DNA of 64,000 bases from Hormiphora californensis (Eukaryota; Animalia; Ctenophora), in NCBI GenBank assembly GCA_020137815.1, contig CM035350.1:8494001-8558000 (forward strand), read 5' to 3'. Shown here one piece after another: positions 58,266 to 64,000 of this stretch. The first letter of the stretch is position 1. Each line of letters begins with the position of its first letter. The translations under genes were made by a program, and so were the position numbers. Below the pieces are notes generated by a model, which was not told the origin of the DNA, did not search any database, and saw nothing but the letters and a program-made list of their open reading frames with translations.

Positions 58266-61200
58266 ATGTTTTTAGAATTTTATATTTGTTTCGCCGCCCT
58301 CTTCATAGGTGAGTTTCTGTACTAACAGTTCAAGTTACTATAGTTACTACTAATACTATAGTTCAAGTGTTACTTGCTGATCTTTAATTTATGAAATACA
58401 TGCGATTGCAGCAGTTTCTGTCTTGTTAAAAGAGAGGCCCTACGATTACTTACTAGATGTGCCCTTGATTCCCGCCCAATGTGATTATATATGTCGTTAA
58501 TCTCTCCGAATATATTTCAGGTGCTACGTCATCCTTCCGACAGAGTGTGATGCCCAGAATAATACAGAATTTAGAGGTTCGTTTAGTGTCCCTTCCACAC
58601 CCCAATTAGAGGTGTCCCCATATTTAGATCATTGGTTGTATGGCATCACTCCGAGCACACATATACATATTACATCTCTCTGTGAGCACTCAGTATGCAA
58701 CCCATATACCTTCCTGTTCTCAACACGATTATTAACACTCCGCCGTCCCTTCACCAGCCCAAATAGGAGACCTTATTATACTTAGTCAATATCCAATGGT
58801 CATGTTTCCTAACACCACATATACACGGCAACACAAACCCTCCAATAAATCACTCGGAAATTATAAATCCCAAACTAGACCCCTAATTCTCCATATCAGT
58901 GTGAGGAACCCCAGCTGATGTTATTAACTTTTTCTGATTTCTCCCCCTCAGGTTGGAGAATTTGTACAGATTGGTTTGTCCGTCAATGCGTCCAGTATAG
59001 TGTTGCAACTGCAACGTGATAAGTGAGTATACCCACCGCTTACCGGGGGGGGGGGGGGAAGGGAGGGTTTAACTATCCCATCCAATGATTGGAACTGTTA
59101 CCATCGGGGGACATCGTGTTAGAGGGAGAGAGGTAGATAGAGAGAGAGATAGAGGGTCGCACACAGGGATATATATATATGTCAAGGGATATACCACAGA
59201 GATGGTAATATAAGAGAGGGGGGGGGGCAGGTCGTAGGGGTTGAATTGTCTGATCGTGATGAGTCACCGGTTGATAAATTGGATAAAGGAACTGTGTGGA
59301 GGGGAGGTTGACCTGTGTGTGCGTGGGGGGTAATGTGTCATCAATATGGGGCCATGTTTCACTGATAAGGACGTGTTACGTCATGTTTTTATTGGTGTCC
59401 GGTGGGCCCTATCTGGTGTTCTGTCTCTCAACAATTGACATTTGACCCCCCCCCTGCAATCTCTATAGGCGCACCTGCTACCAATATTAACTCGCAATAA
59501 TTGTCACAATTAAATTGTGATAACACCCCTGCACAATTAGTAACTGTCCAGGGTTTGACTAGAAGACCTAATCCACATTGTCTAGGTCGTTACAGGGGAC
59601 ATATAAACTGATAGTAGAGGGAAGAAAAGAGGTATTACCTCCTCCCTGTCAGTATACAGGGGCAGTATTAGGAGAGGATGAATTTAGCGCGAGGATCAGC
59701 ATTTGTACTGGCCTCAGGTAATATCGTCACTCATAACACGTCACGAAATTATATCATTCTTCAAAAGTCATCTTACTTGACCAGATTTTTCAGCAAGTTC
59801 GAGTAGGGTTTTCTGAAAGCCTTTTTGACACTCGTCAGGCTGCACTATAGACAATATAATCAGCTGTAGGGATGCATTATAATTTATATAGCTGCTAACG
59901 CCCTTCTCTCCTCCCTCTCTCAGGGGTAGTTTCCATTACCGGGGTACAAGGTATCTGATAGAACCAGCCAGGGAGCTATCTCGATACTCTCGATTCACAG
60001 ACAGCCACTATGGCAAGAACCATTCTAACATTAATGTGGAGAGGGAGGTAGTTAGACCCCACATATTGAGAACCCCAGAGCGAGATCCCGATCCCTATAT
60101 GGCAATGGGGTTGGAGGATGCTGAGGGGCAACATTCAGGTACGTCGTGGCTACAGTTAGATCTAAGGAACTCAATATACGATCAGATAGTATTTCATTTT
60201 CCCAGTATATAAAATTTGACGAAGAATAGTATGTCCTTTTCCCAGTATCTAAAATTTGACGAAGAGTACCCCATGATGATTCTATCGGGGGTGTATTTTA
60301 ATGGCACATTCCTCTTCAATCCATATCTCTCTCTCCCCAAGATAGTTTAAATACTGTCTAAAATTTGACGAAGATACCCCAGTTATGATAGGATTTCTAA
60401 TCGGGGGGTGTATTTAATGGCACATTCCTCTTCAATCCATATATCTCTACCCAAGATAGTTTAAATACTATCTAAAATTTGACGAAGAGCACCCCATGAT
60501 GATATGATTCTATCGGGGGTGGGACATTCCTCTTCAATCCATATCTCTCTCCCCAAGATAGTTTAAATACTGTCTAAAATTTGACGAAGAGTACCCCATG
60601 ATGATGATGATTCTATCGGGGGTGTATTTAATGGCTCATTCCTCTTCAATCCATATCTCTCTCCCCAAGATTTTCATATAGTGGAGGGACGAGAGAAGCG
60701 AGGCTCAAATTCAGAGACAACGAGAGATATGAGCAACGTTGAGATTATGAAACATAACGCCAAGGTCCTGGAACGGAAGTACATAGAGCTCTCCATCCTC
60801 ATTGATCAATCCCAGTTTGCTGTTTTCGGTATGTTATGAATTATCTTTGGGTGATAACGGTGTCCCCTCTTCCAATATTCTCTGCTTTTCTCGCGCTTTC
60901 CAGCACACTTGCAAGAGTTGGAAATCTGAGATGGTACGTACCGTACTCAAGAATTAGAGCTCTATACAGAACATTATTTAAACTATAAACTCGACTGTAG
61001 ACTCGATGACAGGTGTCATTGTAAGACATGTTAGGTAGGTTTGTAATATTAATATTCTCCATTCACAGGTAGAAATGAAGCGAATGCAACTGATATGGTC
61101 ATGACTACTATTAACCTTATGGCACCGGTATGTTCTTTTAGTTCCCATTATAGTTTCACTGATAATTGATAATATCTTTAACACCCCAATACACTAAACA

Positions 61201-63632
61201 CCCCAATATATCTGCCCCACTGTATCTGATCCACTGTATCTTGCTCTAATACCCCCCCCTGTAGAAGTTTCTGCCGTACAACATTGTTCCCGTCGTGGTT
61301 GAGATTAGGATCTTGAGTGACACTGAGATTCACCTTCCGGACTCTACACATCGTGAGTACATCATACCAGTACATATCTTCTTCTTGGAGGCCGTCTCTT
61401 CTTCCACTACATATCAGAGACAAATAAAGAGCCCCCCCCCCCCCCCGTATCTTGTCTATGTATATTGTCTATGCATCTTGTCTATGTATATTGTCTATGT
61501 ATCTTGTCTATGTATCTATGTATCTGATGGAGTTGTAACCTCCCTGCTCCGTCAGGAATGTGCTAATACATTTAGGAGAGCTACGTCAGAAGTTCCTCGA
61601 GGAAACGGTGTCTGATCACACAATTCTTATCATGTGAGTTTAGTTAGTGGCAAACACACGACCTATCTAACATTATCTACTATCTGTTCGTAGTTTTGTT
61701 GATTGAAACACAGCTCCCCCTCACCCTCCCCGCTCTCTTCAGGAATCAAGAGTTCAGTGATAAGAACGGTAACAGTAAAATCCTGGGGATCAGTAGGGTT
61801 GCTAGGGTATGTAATTCAGAACAGGGCACCTCCGCTAATTATGATAAATGGAAGGGAGGGGATCTCTCCTTTTTATCTGTGTTGTTGGCTCACGAGCTGG
61901 GACACAACCTGGGAATGGTCCATGATAATGAGGTCATTGGTGATGGCGACAACGAGGCCAATTGCCCATGTAGGTAGTGTGTGTGGGGGCAACGAGTCCA
62001 ATTACCCATGTAGGTAGTGTGTGTGGGGACAATGAGGCCAATTGCCCATGTAGGTAGTGTGTGGGGGGACAACGAGGCCAATTGCCCATGTAGGTAGTGT
62101 GTAGGGGGACAACGAGGCCAATTGCCCATTTAGGTAGTATGTATGGGGGGGCAGGGTCAATTGTGTTGTTACTAAATGTCACAGTAGTGCTGCAGTTAGC
62201 TCCGCTGTTTTACCACGGTTTAAGACATACAGTTTGTCTCCTCGTTTCTGGATTGTGTTTGTAGTTTCACAACTTCGTAAATTCGTAATGAACTCTTTTT
62301 GTAAATTCGTAATAAACTATTTTCCCCATTTTGACCAGGTGATACAGATGAGGGTGATAAAAAGCTGATGGAGTTCTGTGGTGGCATATGAGCCGGTTTA
62401 TCAGAACAACAACATGGCATACAATACAGAGTACTTTTCTGTTCGGAGCAGGAGGGTAAATTATTTTCAAATATATTGCATTCTATCGCCTCATCCTAAT
62501 ATCAATAATCCACTAACGTTCACTAACATACACTAACATCATCTCATTGGCTGTAGCAAGCCCTGGAGAGAGAGGTAAAGGCACAAAGTTGCCTGTATAA
62601 TCCACCGGAGCAGCTGTTTCTGGATAAACCCGAGTGTGGAAATGCGATAGTGGAAGTGGAGAGGAGTGCGACTGTGGATCCGATGAGGATTGCCCCTTTC
62701 TAGATCCCTGCTGTGAGGTAGGTGTGACGAGGATTGCCCCTTTCTTGATCCCTGCTGTGAGGTAGGTTTGTGAGATCTCATCCTTGATGTGGTGAGGAAA
62801 CATTGAGCTGTTATTTGGTGTGAGGTAGGTTGTATTGTTTCAAACAATTTGTTTGAGCAGGCTTTGTGTTGAATACATGTCCTCTACTGCAAATAGTGAC
62901 TGTTTAGGCTACTTTACTACTAGATAATAGAGTAGGGCTTGTTGGTATAATTGAATGACAAAAGGACCACGATGTATAAGGCTCGTCCCATTGTTCTCTT
63001 ATTTCTGTATCCCTCACAACACTGTATTGTGGAGAGGGGAGCGCGTATTCAGTATTGTGAGGGTCACTTCTGTACAGCTAGCTGCTAGACCCAATATGAG
63101 CTTGCCTGGCTAGACTGTGTTTCGGGAGGATTAGAACATAACAAATGTGAGCTAGTTGCTGCTTGAGTAATTGTGTTCGAAGGAGTCACAACTAACAACA
63201 GGCAGCCATCCCATTGTTGTAACCCATAGTAATCCATGGTAGCCAGTAGTAACCCATAGTAACCCATGACAGTAACCCATGGTAACCACACTCAGGTTGG
63301 AACCTGTAAACTAAAAGCAACCTCTAGTTGCTACACTGGCTCTTGCTGTGATGACAAGTGCCAATTGAAACCGAAAGGAACCATGTGTCGGCCCGAAGCA
63401 GAAGGTCTGGAATGCGACTTTCCAGAATCCTGTACCGGTATTGACCCTTATGTAAGTTGTTGGTCAAAGAGACAGAGACTGAGACCCTATATCCCCAAAT
63501 AATAGTTCATCCCTCTCTCCTATAGTGTCCCCGAGATACCTACAAACAAGATGGGCGGGAGTGTTCTGATACTAACGGCCACCAGGGATTCTGTTACCTT
63601 AGCGACTGCCAAACAAAGGACTCTCGGGCAAG
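58266..63632 (+). CDS. ADAM-family disintegrin metalloprotease, multi-exon, probably continues past the window
   Basis: Signal exon; prodomain CQYTG...ISICTGLRG; REKR furin-like site; YIELSILID; HELGHNLGMVHD zinc motif; disintegrin EECDCG, CCDDKCQL, CDFPESCTG. Confidence 0.88.
60200..60671 (+). repeat. 4 copies of a ~100-116-bp unit containing the ADAM acceptor
   Basis: TTCCTCTTCAATCCATATCTCT...CCCAAG|AT. Confidence 0.85.
61948..62140 (+). repeat. 5 copies of a 40-bp unit spanning an ADAM donor
   Basis: GACAACGAGGCCAATTGCCCATGTAG|GTAGTGTG. Confidence 0.92.
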
Positions 63633-64000
63633 GTTGGTGCCATTAAACCCTCTGAATCAATAAGTTGGCCAATCGGCTGTTTTTGAGTCGCATAAACTCT
63701 CTGATCAGTCAGTATACAGGCATTACTAGCTAGATGTAGAAGTTAGTATCCTGGTAGAGTGCTCGATCCGGGATGCGGAGAGCTTAACTATTGTGACAAG
63801 TGAAAACAAGTTTTTTTATACACATCAACAAATGTTCATCACGCGTAAATGCACCGGCTATTCAAAGAACAACGGAATGAAAATAAACGGTGGACAAGTG
63901 GGAAAAATTGTGAATATACTGGAACGTCACGCTCAACGCGAGACAGGAACCTTCAAACCATTTCCGAACCCAATAGCAACACCAACCTACGTGACAAATC

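Overview
Eukaryotic, gene-dense animal DNA with short GT-AG introns. The compactness and nested genes suggest a non-bilaterian marine invertebrate such as a ctenophore (inference). Genes reconstructed by hand: TTC25/ODAD4 (3' part, with a ~340-aa TPAPKE repeat tail), an alpha-arrestin, an intronless arylsulfatase, an orphan 99-aa gene, RINT1, SLC9B/NHA, MCM9, PRADC1, a RUN-C1-RH (DEF8/PLEKHM1-like) gene and an ADAM protease. The 10.4-kb second intron of MCM9 holds three nested genes. Foldback/MITE elements, LINE 3' fragments and an element family with telomere-like repeats fill the gaps. Three main signals: (1) about ten tandem duplications or arrays whose unit straddles a real splice junction, creating up to 14 near-identical decoy sites; (2) three tightly packed paralogous hydrophobic-hairpin micro-ORFs, each preceded by its own acceptor, nested antisense in an intron (operon-like); (3) a tandem duplication that yields an in-frame RINT1/orphan chimeric gene. 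Scattered 1-nt frameshifts and homopolymer-rich stretches suggest imperfect assembly polishing.
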